A DNA stretch of 64,000 nt from an uncultured bacterium (GCA_963705505.1 CAVPJU010000010.1:608001-672000); one strand, 5' to 3'; counted from the stretch's first letter, positions 8,545 through 18,973 are shown. Made by a program: numbers and translations. The notes: a model not told the origin generated them from the letters alone.

Positions 8545-9708
8545 ATGACGAAAAAGCTGTTCCCGCTTTTCGCTTATTTACTGCTCATTCTCTGCGGCTG
8601 CGCCGCCAAGACCGCCGTTCAGAACAATCCGCCGACGGAGCAACAATTTACCTTTAGCTGGGAGTTCGCTGACAGCAGCTCCATGAAACCGAGAGGGGGA
8701 GTGACCCGGGGCGCGCCCGTAACTCTCGACAAGTCCCCCAACCCCGGATGGGTCTCGATCCGGGAGCCGGGATTAACGAAATACGAGCGGGACAGGAGGG
8801 CTATCCTGTCGATGGCCGGAACCTACAGGGTCTCTTTCAACTTCATAGAAACGATACCGCTCCGCAAAGACTACAAGGCGGACCGGCCCTATCAGTCCTG
8901 GGCGACCGAATATATAAAGGTGATCGAGGACAGAGGCAATTTCATAAGCCTCCAGCACATACTCGTAATGTACTTCCTCGATGAAAAAGGGAAAGCAGAA
9001 GGCCCTGCGGTCACGAAGCACTGGCGTCAGGACTGGACTTACCAGGACGAGGACATACTCGAATATAGAGGCAATAACACATGGCAGACGGTCAGAGTCC
9101 CGGGGAATGAAGCGGCGGGGAAATGGTCCCAGGCGGTGTACCAGGTCGACGATACCCCGAGATACGAAGCGCTCGGGGAATGGACATACGATGGAAATTA
9201 CTCGACATGGACGAGTCCAGTAACGTGGCGTCCCCTGCCGAGAAGGGAATTCAGCGTGAGGGACGATTATAACGTGCTGTCCGGCGTCAACCGCATCACG
9301 ATCACTCCAACCGGCTGGGTACACGAGCAGGACAACCTCAAGATGATCGTGGACGAGAACGGCAAGGAGCTCGGAACCGACCCCTATCTCGCAAAAGAGA
9401 TCGGACTCGACCGATACGAAAGGGTTTCCGACTTTAACGACTCGCCCGCGATCCAATACTGGGAGCGTACGGCGCCCTTTTGGGCCGACGTAAGGCAGGT
9501 GTGGCAGGAGATAATAACCGAAAACCCGACTCTCAAGCTCAAAAACAGTTACAAGGATAAGAAGCTATACGAATACCTTTTCGAATACTCCGATAAATTA
9601 GCCGAAGGCGGCGTATACGACGGGACTCAGGGGAAGGAGTACGTCAAGACGACCATATACAATTACGTTATCGAGACCGGCAAAGCGCCCGACAAAACGG
9701 TCTACTGA
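8545..9708 (+). CDS. DUF6607-like lipoprotein
   Basis: Lipobox LCG-C; DRRAIL.MAG.YRVSF.F.ET, SLQHILV, KHWRQDW, RPLPRRE motifs. Confidence 0.8.
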   Translation: MTKKLFPLFAYLLLILCGCAAKTAVQNNPPTEQQFTFSWEFADSSSMKPRGGVTRGAPVTLDKSPNPGWVSIREPGLTKYERDRRAILSMAGTYRVSFNFIETIPLRKDYKADRPYQSWATEYIKVIEDRGNFISLQHILVMYFLDEKGKAEGPAVTKHWRQDWTYQDEDILEYRGNNTWQTVRVPGNEAAGKWSQAVYQVDDTPRYEALGEWTYDGNYSTWTSPVTWRPLPRREFSVRDDYNVLSGVNRITITPTGWVHEQDNLKMIVDENGKELGTDPYLAKEIGLDRYERVSDFNDSPAIQYWERTAPFWADVRQVWQEIITENPTLKLKNSYKDKKLYEYLFEYSDKLAEGGVYDGTQGKEYVKTTIYNYVIETGKAPDKTVY

Positions 9709-9835
9709 GATCGATAATTAAGCTAATATCGAAATCCTTGAATAGATATCCCGGCCTCTATTGACATAATCCATTAACTTAAGGTATTTAAAAGATAGGC
9801 GGCTGAGGGTAAAAAGGTTGCTGTATTAAAATCTA

Positions 9836-10625
9836 TTGCAGGACAAAACGAAATTGTTTAAGGATCTCAGGAAATTCTTTTATAGAAAAGAAAGTCCGAA
9901 GCCCCGATTCGAGGACATGGCTTTTATCGAAGGTCCTCACTCACGGCTAAGGGAGCTCTGGTTTTTGTTCCGTGTGATGCGGGAGTTCTTGAAGGGATTC
10001 AGAATACTCCATTTCGCAGGCCCGGTAGTCACGGTCTTCGGCTCCGCCAGGACGAAGGAAGGACATCCGAAATACGAGCTTGCGCGGAAAGATAGGGTTT
10101 GAGCTCGCGAGCATGGGTTTTTCGGTAATGACTGGGGGCGGACCCGGCATCATGGAGGCGGCCAACAGAGGGGCGAAGGAAGCGGGCGGAAAATCGATAG
10201 GCTGCAATATCATGCTCCCGATGGAACAGAAACCGAACCCCTACCTCGACATAATGGTGACCTTCAAATACTTCTTCGTGAGGAAGCTGATGCTCCTTAA
10301 ATACTCGTACGCATTCGTCGTGCTTCCGGGCGGGGCGGGCACCATGGACGAGCTCTTCGAGACACTGACCCTGATACAGACAAAAAAGATATATAACTTC
10401 CCGATAATCCTTCTCGGCAGGGAATACTTCAAACCCCTGATGGATTTCCTCGATTTAATGGTTATCGAGCGGACGCTCGACGAGAACGACCTGGGCTTTC
10501 TGATATTGACCGATTCGGTCGACGAGGCCGTTTCCTATATACAGAAAAACATAGTGGACAAATTCGGAATAAAACTGAAAAAAGTACCCAAGCCTTCGAA
10601 GATACTCCTGGAAAAAGGCGTATGA
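9836..10625 (+). CDS. LOG family protein (TIGR00730-like), split by a frameshift at ~10088
   Basis: VTVFGSAR in ORF1; TGGGPGIMEA, YFFVRK, PGGAGTMDE in ORF2; one extra A joins them. Confidence 0.85.
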
Positions 10626-10628
10626 TCC

Positions 10629-10650
10629 CGGGCCGGCATCACTCGGCCCG
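10629..10650 (+). terminator. GC stem-loop after LOG gene
   Basis: CGGGCCG-8 nt-CGGCCCG; weak pyrimidine tail. Confidence 0.45.
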
Positions 10651-10688
10651 CCTTCCTTAAACGATCCACCCCCGAAGATATAAGCATA

Positions 10689-10716
10689 AATCCATCACAT
10701 CTATGCCTTCGTCTAA
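10689..10716 (+). promoter_or_regulatory. putative ECF promoter, copy 1 (glucose dehydrogenase operon)
   Basis: AATCC-N16-CGTCTAA. Confidence 0.75.
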
Positions 10717-10750
10717 CTAGGCAACTTCAGAATTTAAGGAGAGCCAAGTT

Positions 10751-11858
10751 ATGAAAGCGATAGCAGTGATTCCCGGAAAGCCGGGCAGCGTTCACCTGGC
10801 CGAGCTTCCGAAACCGGACATAAATGAAATCCCGAACGGACGCGGAGTATTGGTGAAGGTGCTGCGAGTCGGGGTGGACGGAACGGATAAGGAAATAAAC
10901 GCCGCGGAATACGGAGCCTCGCCCGCAGGATGCGATTTTCTCGTCATAGGACACGAGAGCTTCGGAATAGTAGAAAAAGTGGGAAAGAACGTTACCGAGT
11001 TCGTCCCCGGAGACTACGTAACGGCTACCGTACGCCGTCCCGGGAGGAAGTATTTACGACAAGATCGGCAAGTACGATACGACGACAGACGACACGTACT
11101 ACGAGCACGGCATCAACCTGCTCCACGGCTTTCTCACGGAGTACTATGTCGAGGATCCCGAATACCTTGTAAAGGTCCCGAGAGGGTTAAAAGAATACGG
11201 CGTGCTGCTTGAGCCCGCGAGCGTCATCGAAAAGGGCATAGCTCAGGCGTACGAGATACAGAGACGCCTCCGCGTCTGGCGCCCGAAGCGAGCCGCGGTG
11301 CTCGGGGCGGGGACAATAGGCCTCCTCGCGACTATGGCGCTGAGGCTGAGAGGGCTGCAGGTACACACCTTCGGCAGAACGAAAGCCCCTTATCTCAACT
11401 CCGACCTCATTCAAGAGATCGGGGCGGCATATCACACGACGGACGACATCAACCTCGTTGAGGCGGCGGAGAAGTACGGTCCATTCGACATAATCTTCGA
11501 GGCGACCGGTTTCTCTCCGATAGTGTTCGAAGCGATGAATATCCTCGGTAAAAACGGCGTGCTCGTGCTTTCGAGCGTGACGGGAGGGGAACGGAAGATC
11601 GAGGTGCCCGCCGACATGATAAACCTCGGTTTCGTACTCGGGAACAAGGTCGTCGTCGGAACAGTCAACGCGAACCGCGAGTATTTCGAGATGGGCGTTA
11701 AAGACATCTCGCACGCGGAGCACGAGTGGCCGGGGTGGATTTCCAAATTCCTCACTCACCCGGTGAAGGGTCTCGAGAACTACAACGAGCTCATAAGCAC
11801 GCTCACCGAAGCGAAAGGCGCGATAAAGGTCTTCTGTGAAGTAGCCCCGATTAATTGA
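10751..11858 (+). CDS. Zn-dependent MDR-family glucose 1-dehydrogenase, frameshift at ~11042
   Basis: VGVDGTD, GHES.G.V, TVRRP, HGFL.EY, LLEP.S, GAGTIG, VGTVNA; one extra G joins frames. Confidence 0.85.
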
Positions 11859-11876
11859 GCACCGGTTCTTACCACC

Positions 11877-12710
11877 ATGATGACAACATTAAAAAAACAT
11901 TGGCCTGAATACCTGATGGAGGGAGCCGGGCTCGGATTTTTCATGATATCCGCCTGTTTTTTCGTGGCGCTCCTGGAGCATCCGTCCTCTCCCGTCCACA
12001 TGGCGGTATCCGACCCGATGACGAGGAGGGTCCTCATGGGTATGGCAATGGGGCTGACCGCCATATCGATTATCTATTCCCCCTGGGGCAAGCAGTCGGG
12101 CGCGCACATCAACCCGTCGGTAACGCTGACATTCTTCAGGCTCGGAAAGGTAAGGGCCGTGGACGCGGTTTTTTACATCATTGCCCAGTTCGCGGGCGCG
12201 GCGGCAGGCGTTCTGATCGCCCACCTGGCAATCGGGAAGATCGCGTCACACCCGCATGTGAATTACGCGGCGACTTTCCCGGGCATGAAAGGGGTGGTAA
12301 TCGCGTTCATAGCGGAAGTAATCATCTCGTTCATCCTGATGACCGTCGTACTCGTGGCTTCCAACACTTCGAGCGTCGCGAGGTATACGGGCGTTTTCGC
12401 GGGCCTCCTCGTAGCGACATACATAACCTTCGAAGCCCCGATCTCGGGCATGAGCATGAACCCGGCGCGTTCCTTCGGATCGAGCCTCTTCGCGAACAGC
12501 CACGCGGGGTTGTGGATCTATTTCACCGCGCCCATATTCGGGATGCTTCTCGCTGCGGAAGCTTACGTCCGTATGAGGGGAGCGAGCGCCGTTTCCTGCG
12601 CAAAGCTCCATCATCAGAATAACAAGCGGTGCATCCACTGCGGCTACCCGGGCGAAGTTAAAGCGGAGAATCCGGCTTTGATAACTGAAAAAGTAAAAAG
12701 TTTGATATAA
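11877..12710 (+). CDS. MIP/aquaporin family channel with Cys/His-rich tail
   Basis: SGAHINPS and SMNPARS motifs, six TMs, C-terminal CAKLHH..RCIHC. Confidence 0.92.
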   Translation: MMTTLKKHWPEYLMEGAGLGFFMISACFFVALLEHPSSPVHMAVSDPMTRRVLMGMAMGLTAISIIYSPWGKQSGAHINPSVTLTFFRLGKVRAVDAVFYIIAQFAGAAAGVLIAHLAIGKIASHPHVNYAATFPGMKGVVIAFIAEVIISFILMTVVLVASNTSSVARYTGVFAGLLVATYITFEAPISGMSMNPARSFGSSLFANSHAGLWIYFTAPIFGMLLAAEAYVRMRGASAVSCAKLHHQNNKRCIHCGYPGEVKAENPALITEKVKSLI

Positions 12711-12745
12711 GGGATTTTTAAAATAATAAAACAGGAGGAATTACC

Positions 12746-13159
12746 ATGTTTAAATCATTCGAACTGAAAAGAGGTAAATCCGGTCTCGTCTGCTTGCTCG
12801 TGCTTCTTGCGCTCTTCTTCGGAGCGATAGGCAGTCAGGCGGCGGGCAGCATGACGACACAGCCGTTCACGGGCGTAAAGGTAAACGGCGGAACGGTAAC
12901 GCTTACAAAAGAAGGCGGCAAAACCGTCCTCACGCTGTCTGACGATTTCGTAGTCCCCCAGACCCCCGATCCGCACTGGCAGGTAGTCGACTCGAAAGGG
13001 AACGTTTACCTCCTCCAGAGACTGCCGATTAAGGGCGACAAAATAAACAAGTCCATAACGGTGCCGTCGTATGTACCGGATATTGCAAAGGTACAGATAT
13101 GGTGCGCTTACGCGGAGACGCTCCTCGGCGAGGCGCCGTTCGCTTCGCCTGTGAATTAA
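12746..13159 (+). CDS. secreted DM13-like protein
   Basis: Signal peptide; PDPHW...VQIWC..A..LLG.A resembles DM13 (PD...V.IWC..F...FG.A). Confidence 0.6.
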   Translation: MFKSFELKRGKSGLVCLLVLLALFFGAIGSQAAGSMTTQPFTGVKVNGGTVTLTKEGGKTVLTLSDDFVVPQTPDPHWQVVDSKGNVYLLQRLPIKGDKINKSITVPSYVPDIAKVQIWCAYAETLLGEAPFASPVN

Positions 13160-13264
13160 AGAGGTTAATCGAATAATGTGGCGGCCGGCAGTGTTTCGAT
13201 TGCGGAGACAGGCCGGCCGGTCAGTCAGTGAAGATAAAGAAAACCCGGAAACGGAGGAAAATAA

Positions 13265-14125
13265 ATGAGAATGATCGAGCTACTTCTAACTTTACTTCTT
13301 TTCATGTCGGCGGTTTCAGCGGACGCGCAGGTGGCGGAGAAAAAATCACTCACGCTCGAAGGCGCGAATACCGTGATCGCGGGCGCGATGGCCGAGGCTA
13401 AAAAGCTTAACGCTCCGGGAGGAGTCATAGCGGTCGTGGACGACGGCGGGAACCTCATGGCGCTCGAGCGTATCGACGGGACTTTCGCAGCGGGCGCTAA
13501 CATATCGATCGGAAAGGCGAGGACTGCGGCGCTCTTTAAGAAACCGACAAAATTTTTCGAGGACGTGATTAAGAACGGGCGCACCTCTATGGTCGCGCTC
13601 GCGGACTTCACACCGCTTCAGGGCGGAGTACCCATAATCATCGACGGCGCGATAGTTGGAGCCGTGGGCGTGAGCGGCGCGGCCAGCGCGCAGCAGGACG
13701 AGGAGCTCGCCATAGCGGGCGCCGACGCGGTAATGAACGGCACGGCGGCAAATACGAACCCCGCACCGATCACGTACTTTGACAGCGCCAGGGTGCAAGC
13801 CGCGTTCGCAAAGGGTATGCCCCTAACCGAAGCCGGAAATTACAAGGTTCATGCGAGCCGCAGGACCGATCCGGGCATGGCGGAGGTCCATACAAAGGAT
13901 ACGGACATCATCTACATGCTTCAAGGCTCGGCGACACTGGTGACGGGAGGAACGGTCGTTGACGGCAAGACGACAGCCCCCGACGAGATACGCGGAAAGG
14001 AGATTGCGGGCGGTGATACACTCAAAATCAATCCGGGCGACGTGATCATCATACCGGCCGGCACACCTCACTGGTTTAAGGAAGTGCAGGGTCCGGTCCT
14101 CTATTATGTCGTTAAGGTCAGTTAA
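13265..14125 (+). CDS. secreted GlcG/HbpS heme-binding protein fused to a cupin domain
   Basis: IAVVDDGG.L..LER.D, GKARTAA, LQGGVP..GAVGVSG; cupin EVH...GDVIIIPAGTPHWF. Confidence 0.88.
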   Translation: MRMIELLLTLLLFMSAVSADAQVAEKKSLTLEGANTVIAGAMAEAKKLNAPGGVIAVVDDGGNLMALERIDGTFAAGANISIGKARTAALFKKPTKFFEDVIKNGRTSMVALADFTPLQGGVPIIIDGAIVGAVGVSGAASAQQDEELAIAGADAVMNGTAANTNPAPITYFDSARVQAAFAKGMPLTEAGNYKVHASRRTDPGMAEVHTKDTDIIYMLQGSATLVTGGTVVDGKTTAPDEIRGKEIAGGDTLKINPGDVIIIPAGTPHWFKEVQGPVLYYVVKVS

Positions 14126-14143
14126 CTCCGGGAGAAGACAGAA

Positions 14144-14641
14144 ATGAAAACTATAATAAGCTCTCTGATCCTTTTATTTACCATATCCTCGCCGCTCGCG
14201 GCCATTGCGGAGACACCCGTAAAGCCGGTACTAACCCTGAGCGCCGCGAAGAAAGCTGCAGACGCAGCCGAGCGCGAGGCGGCAAAGAGGGGCGCGACAG
14301 TAGTGATCGCCGTGGTTGACGACGGCGGGCACCTGATACTCCTCGAGCGGCTCGACGATACACAGGTCGCAAGCGTCGAGGTAGGAATAGGCAAAGCCAG
14401 GACCGCCGCCATATTCAGGAGACCGAGCAAGGTGTTCGAGGACCAGATACGCGACGGCCGGGTCGCCGCGCTCGCGCTCCCCGGGGCGACGCCGCTTCAG
14501 GGAGGCATACCGATCATCATAGATGGCAAGGTAGCCGGGGCTATAGGCGTCAGCGGCAATACCCCCCAGGAAGATGAAGAGATCGCAATCGTCGGGGCTT
14601 CGGCAGTCAGCGACTCGTCAGTTAAAGGAGATAAACAATGA
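14144..14641 (+). CDS. secreted GlcG/HbpS heme-binding protein
   Basis: Same GlcG motifs, signal peptide. Confidence 0.88.
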   Translation: MKTIISSLILLFTISSPLAAIAETPVKPVLTLSAAKKAADAAEREAAKRGATVVIAVVDDGGHLILLERLDDTQVASVEVGIGKARTAAIFRRPSKVFEDQIRDGRVAALALPGATPLQGGIPIIIDGKVAGAIGVSGNTPQEDEEIAIVGASAVSDSSVKGDKQ

Positions 14642-16278
14642 GACTCGAATCAATCATATATGCAGCCGCATTCCTCTTATCCATCGTTTCCGCACTCGTC
14701 GCCCACGGCGCGGTGCCCGCGGACGTGCCGGGCGGAAAACCCGGTGCCGTCATCGATCTTGCGACCACGGAAGGGGTTAATCTCGTAAATGGGCAGTGGA
14801 CATACAGCGACGTCGAGATAACCGAAGTCGATTTCAAAGGACCCGGTGCGGACGGTCAGCCCACCGGGGCACCGATAAAAACGTACGATTATAGTCCGAA
14901 AGCGGGAGTATCGGACTACGATGACTCGAAATGGGAGAAGATAGCGCCCGAGACCCTGAATCAACGCCGCTCGACGGGGAGGATATGCTTTAACTGGTAC
15001 CGGATCAGGGTGACGATCCCCGAGAGCGTCCGGGGTTTCGCGACCGCGGGCTCGACGGTGGTGTTCGAGACCGCGATAGACGACTACGCGGAGGTCTGGG
15101 TGAACGGGGAGCTCCCCCGCTACATCGGTCAGGAGGGGGGCTCCGTGATTTCCGGATGGAACGCCCCCAACAGGCTCGTCATAGGGCGGGACGTCAAGCC
15201 GGGCCAAACCATACAGCTCGCGGTATTCGGTATGAACGGCCCGATCTCGAACCCGCCGACTAATTTCATATGGATGAGGGAGGCAAAGCTCGAGTTCTAT
15301 AAGGGGAGCGAGGTGCCGATCGCAGTAAAGCCGTCCGAAGTGAACGTGGAAGTCGTAAGGCTCGACCCCGCGATGGACGCAGTCGCCGGGCCTAACCCGA
15401 AAATATTCAAGCTAGCCGAAGGCTTCAAATTCACAGAAGGCCCCGTCTGGGTGGGTGACGGAGAATACCTCCTCTTCAGCGACCCGAACAGCAATGTTAT
15501 CTATAAATACTCGAAGGACGGAGACCTCTCCGTATTCCGCGAGCCGAGCGGGTATTCAGGCTCCGACATCGCGGAATATACGCAGCCGGGGTCAAACGGC
15601 CTCACTCTCGACAAAGCCGGCAGGCTTACGATTGACGAGCACGGGAACCACAGGGTCACGCGGATCGAGAAAGACGGCACTGTCACTGTATTGGCCGACA
15701 GCTACGAGGGTAAGAGGCTAAACAGTCCGAATGACCTGGTTTATAGGTCTGACGGCTCCCTGTACTTCACGGACCCGCCTTTCGGACTGCCCAAATTCGA
15801 GAAAGACCCAAGAAAAGAGATACCCTGGAGCGGGATATACCGAATCTCTCCTGACGGTGAAGTCGTCTTATTGAATAAGGAGTTAAAGGGACCGAACGGG
15901 ATAGCCTTTTCGCCCGATGAAAAGTACCTCTACGTCGGCAACTGGGACACGGAGAATAAGGTCGTGATGCGCTACGAAGTCAGGGAAGACGGCACTCTCT
16001 CGGAAGGACAGCGGTTCTTCGATATGACGAGCGCCCCGGGCGAGGACGCGATCGACGGAATAAAGGTCGATGCCAAAGGGAACCTGTATGTCTCGGGACC
16101 GGGCGGTGTGTGGGTGATTTCAGACGACGGTAAGCATATAGGGACTATCATTGCTCCGAGGCACGTCCACAATATGGCATGGGGAGGGGAAGACGGGAAA
16201 ACCCTCTTTCTCTGCGCGCAGAGCGGGTTATATATGATGCGCCTCGGTATTCAGGGCACAAATGTGCATTATAATTAG
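14638..16278 (+). CDS. secreted SMP-30/gluconolactonase family protein with N-terminal sugar-binding-like domain
   Basis: FTEGPVW, GSNGL, LNSPND, YFTDPPFG, PNGIAFSPD, DGIKVD; N-domain WYR...IDDYAEVWVNG. Confidence 0.88.
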   Translation: MRLESIIYAAAFLLSIVSALVAHGAVPADVPGGKPGAVIDLATTEGVNLVNGQWTYSDVEITEVDFKGPGADGQPTGAPIKTYDYSPKAGVSDYDDSKWEKIAPETLNQRRSTGRICFNWYRIRVTIPESVRGFATAGSTVVFETAIDDYAEVWVNGELPRYIGQEGGSVISGWNAPNRLVIGRDVKPGQTIQLAVFGMNGPISNPPTNFIWMREAKLEFYKGSEVPIAVKPSEVNVEVVRLDPAMDAVAGPNPKIFKLAEGFKFTEGPVWVGDGEYLLFSDPNSNVIYKYSKDGDLSVFREPSGYSGSDIAEYTQPGSNGLTLDKAGRLTIDEHGNHRVTRIEKDGTVTVLADSYEGKRLNSPNDLVYRSDGSLYFTDPPFGLPKFEKDPRKEIPWSGIYRISPDGEVVLLNKELKGPNGIAFSPDEKYLYVGNWDTENKVVMRYEVREDGTLSEGQRFFDMTSAPGEDAIDGIKVDAKGNLYVSGPGGVWVISDDGKHIGTIIAPRHVHNMAWGGEDGKTLFLCAQSGLYMMRLGIQGTNVHYN

Positions 16279-16315
16279 GCAAATTCGAAGGAGATCAAAT
16301 CCAAAGGACATTCAT

Positions 16316-17314
16316 ATGAAAGGACTATTCAAGAAGATTCATAGAGCGAAACATGCAGGCAGCAAAGACAATTCCGCACGTAACAGATGGGGCATAATTT
16401 TAGCGGGCGGTGACGGCACACGCCTCCGCTCTCTAACGAAATTGATTTCCGGAGACGAGAGACCCAAGCAATTCTGCCGCATACTGGACGAAGAATCCCT
16501 CCTCGAAAAAACTGTAAAACGGGTAGAGATAGGCATCCCCCGAAGCAATATCCTTTTATCACTCACGCGCACGCACGAAAAATTCTACAGCGACCTCTTC
16601 GATACATTCAATCAGAGCCAGCTTGTGGTTCAGCCGGCAAACCTGGGGACTGCTCCGGCGATACTTTACGGCCTCGTACGGATCGCAAGGATGAACCCCG
16701 AAGCCTCCGTCACATTCTTCCCTTCCGACCATTACCTGTCCGACGACGGAATATTCATGAGACAGGTTGAGTCGGCTTTTGAAGGGGTGGAGCGCGAACC
16801 GGGAAAGATAGTGCTCCTCGGGATAACACCGAGCTCAGCCGAGACGGAATACGGATGGATAGAGCCCGAACCCCACAACTATGACAACAACCCGGAATCA
16901 TTAACGAGAGTCAGGCGGTTCTGGGAGAAACCGGAAAAATCGACTGCGGTCGAGCTTCTGCAAAGAAGATGCCTCTGGAATAGCTTCGTCATGACCGGAA
17001 AAGTTTCTGCTTTTCTTAACATGATCAGCACGTCTCTCCCCGGGCTTTACCACGATTTCATGAGAGCGTGCGATATGTTCGGCACTCCTTCAGAGAGCGA
17101 CGCAGTCGAATACATCTATGAGAAACTCACCCCTTCGAATTTCTCACATAGGGTGCTCGAGGTGTCGACGAAAGACCTAATGGTGCTCGCCGTAAGAGAC
17201 ATCGAATGGAGCGATCTGGGTGAGCCGGGACGCGTGCTTTCAACCATGGAGAACATAGGAATACAGACGGATTGGACTCTTAAGAAAGAAAACCTCGTCC
17301 GCAAAATAGCGTAA
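16316..17314 (+). CDS. mannose-1-phosphate guanylyltransferase-like sugar nucleotidyltransferase
   Basis: ILAGGDGTRL, PKQF, GTAPAI, PSDH, YGWI, FWEKP, WNS, WSDLG. Confidence 0.88.
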   Translation: MKGLFKKIHRAKHAGSKDNSARNRWGIILAGGDGTRLRSLTKLISGDERPKQFCRILDEESLLEKTVKRVEIGIPRSNILLSLTRTHEKFYSDLFDTFNQSQLVVQPANLGTAPAILYGLVRIARMNPEASVTFFPSDHYLSDDGIFMRQVESAFEGVEREPGKIVLLGITPSSAETEYGWIEPEPHNYDNNPESLTRVRRFWEKPEKSTAVELLQRRCLWNSFVMTGKVSAFLNMISTSLPGLYHDFMRACDMFGTPSESDAVEYIYEKLTPSNFSHRVLEVSTKDLMVLAVRDIEWSDLGEPGRVLSTMENIGIQTDWTLKKENLVRKIA

Positions 17315-17392
17315 CTCTGCTCCTCCATACACACCGAACAAGAGTAATGTATATGCATGTGGAATAGCATGCATTCAGCAAGGGCAATCACC

Positions 17393-18037
17393 ATGGATAC
17401 TCAAGCCAAGCCGTTCGAATTAGGAAAAAACAGAATAGAGGCGCTGAGTGACGGCATATTCGCAATCGTCATGACGCTCCTCATATTCGAGCTCAAGACT
17501 TCGGACCTGCCGCAGCATGCATCCAACATCCAGCTCGCCCCCGCGCTTTTTAATATGTGGCCGAAGTTCCTATCATACATCGTAAGTTTTATCGGACTCG
17601 GAATCTACTGGGTAGCCCATCATTACATGTATCATTCGATAAGGCACTCGGACCGGATACTGCTCTGGCTCAATATCCTTTTCTTTATGTTCGTCTCCCT
17701 GCTCCCCTTCTCCACTAGTCTCATCAACTCATTCGGCCAGACACAGATAGCCCCCTTATTCTTCGGCGCCAACCTTACACTCATCGGATGGACGCTCTAT
17801 TTCCAGTGGCTTTATGCAAGCTCGAAGCCCGATCTTATCGCGGACTTCGTGACCAGGGAGTATGCGGAGTCCGTGCGTTTCCGGTTCCTTATAATACCGA
17901 TAATAGCGACCGTAACCATGCTCGTATGCTTCTGGAGCGTCGAGATACTGCTGATCGTATATGCGCTCCTCCTCCCGTTCTATACACTTACCGGAAAGCT
18001 GACGCCGCCGCGCGAGGCATCCATCGTAGAACAATAG
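17393..18037 (+). CDS. TMEM175 (DUF1211) family K+ channel
   Basis: RIEALSDGIFAIVMTLL signature, W..HH, SLLPF. Confidence 0.9.
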   Translation: MDTQAKPFELGKNRIEALSDGIFAIVMTLLIFELKTSDLPQHASNIQLAPALFNMWPKFLSYIVSFIGLGIYWVAHHYMYHSIRHSDRILLWLNILFFMFVSLLPFSTSLINSFGQTQIAPLFFGANLTLIGWTLYFQWLYASSKPDLIADFVTREYAESVRFRFLIIPIIATVTMLVCFWSVEILLIVYALLLPFYTLTGKLTPPREASIVEQ

Positions 18038-18076
18038 CCACCTGCCCGCAGCTCCAAATTAATAGTGAAGAAGAGA

Positions 18077-18104
18077 AATCCAAATGCGCACGGATTCCGT
18101 ATAG
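18077..18104 (+). promoter_or_regulatory. putative ECF promoter, copy 2 (msrB)
   Basis: AATCC-N16-CGTATAG. Confidence 0.7.
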
Positions 18105-18146
18105 ATAGGTTAAGATATAAAAATCATTAAGGAGAGGAAAATTTCC

Positions 18147-18755
18147 ATGATAAAGACAACAGTAATTGCAGTTATAGCCATTATCGCGATATTCGTCGCT
18201 TTGAACTTGCTCGACACAGATAGAATAATTCGCGCTGATGACAGCGGCCAGCAGAAAGTGAGCGAAACCGGAACCGGGAACAACGCACAAACAAATAATA
18301 GTGGGGCGGCACAAACCGGCTTTGTAAAGCCCTCTCAAGAGGAGCTTAAAAAGAAGCTCACGCCCCTTCAGTATAAAGTCACACAGGAAAGCGGAACCGA
18401 AAGGCCGTTTAACAACGAATACTGGGATAATCATAAGGATGGAATATACGTCGACATAATCTCGGGTGAGCCGCTTTTCAGCTCCAAGGACAAATTCGAT
18501 TCGGGCACAGGGTGGCCGAGCTTCACGAAACCTCTGGTGGCCGAGAATATCGTCGAAGTGAAGGACAATAGCCTCGTTATAACGAGATTCGAAGTCAGAA
18601 GCAAGGAGGCAGATTCACATCTCGGGCACGTATTCGACGACGGGCCTCCCCCTACGGGACTCAGATACTGTATCAACTCCGCATCGCTCCGCTTTATACC
18701 GAAAGCGAATCTGGAGAAAGAGGGCTACGGGGAGTTCCTGGTTTTATTCCAATAA
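18147..18755 (+). CDS. msrB: peptide-methionine (R)-S-oxide reductase with N-terminal signal/anchor
   Basis: [30 protein letters not shown]. Confidence 0.95.
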   Translation: MIKTTVIAVIAIIAIFVALNLLDTDRIIRADDSGQQKVSETGTGNNAQTNNSGAAQTGFVKPSQEELKKKLTPLQYKVTQESGTERPFNNEYWDNHKDGIYVDIISGEPLFSSKDKFDSGTGWPSFTKPLVAENIVEVKDNSLVITRFEVRSKEADSHLGHVFDDGPPPTGLRYCINSASLRFIPKANLEKEGYGEFLVLFQ

Positions 18756-18797
18756 GCCTGCATCGCCTGAAGAGGCCAATAATTTAATCGACTACAG

Positions 18798-18845
18798 GGC
18801 TGCTGCCGGTAACGATCTCTTCGTTATAAGCAGCAGCCTTTTTTT
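18798..18845 (+). terminator. intrinsic terminator after msrB
   Basis: GGCTGCTGC...GCAGCAGCC with inner TAACGA/TCGTTA stem, then T7. Confidence 0.8.
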
Positions 18846-18973
18846 ATATTTTGGGGCTCAAGGTACGAAGCCCGGGTAAGTGGTTTTAATTCTTCTCGGG
18901 CGGGACATCGCCGGTCACACAGCCGTCCGTTTTGACTTTTTTCAATCTTAATACTCCGTTAATGCAATCCCTA

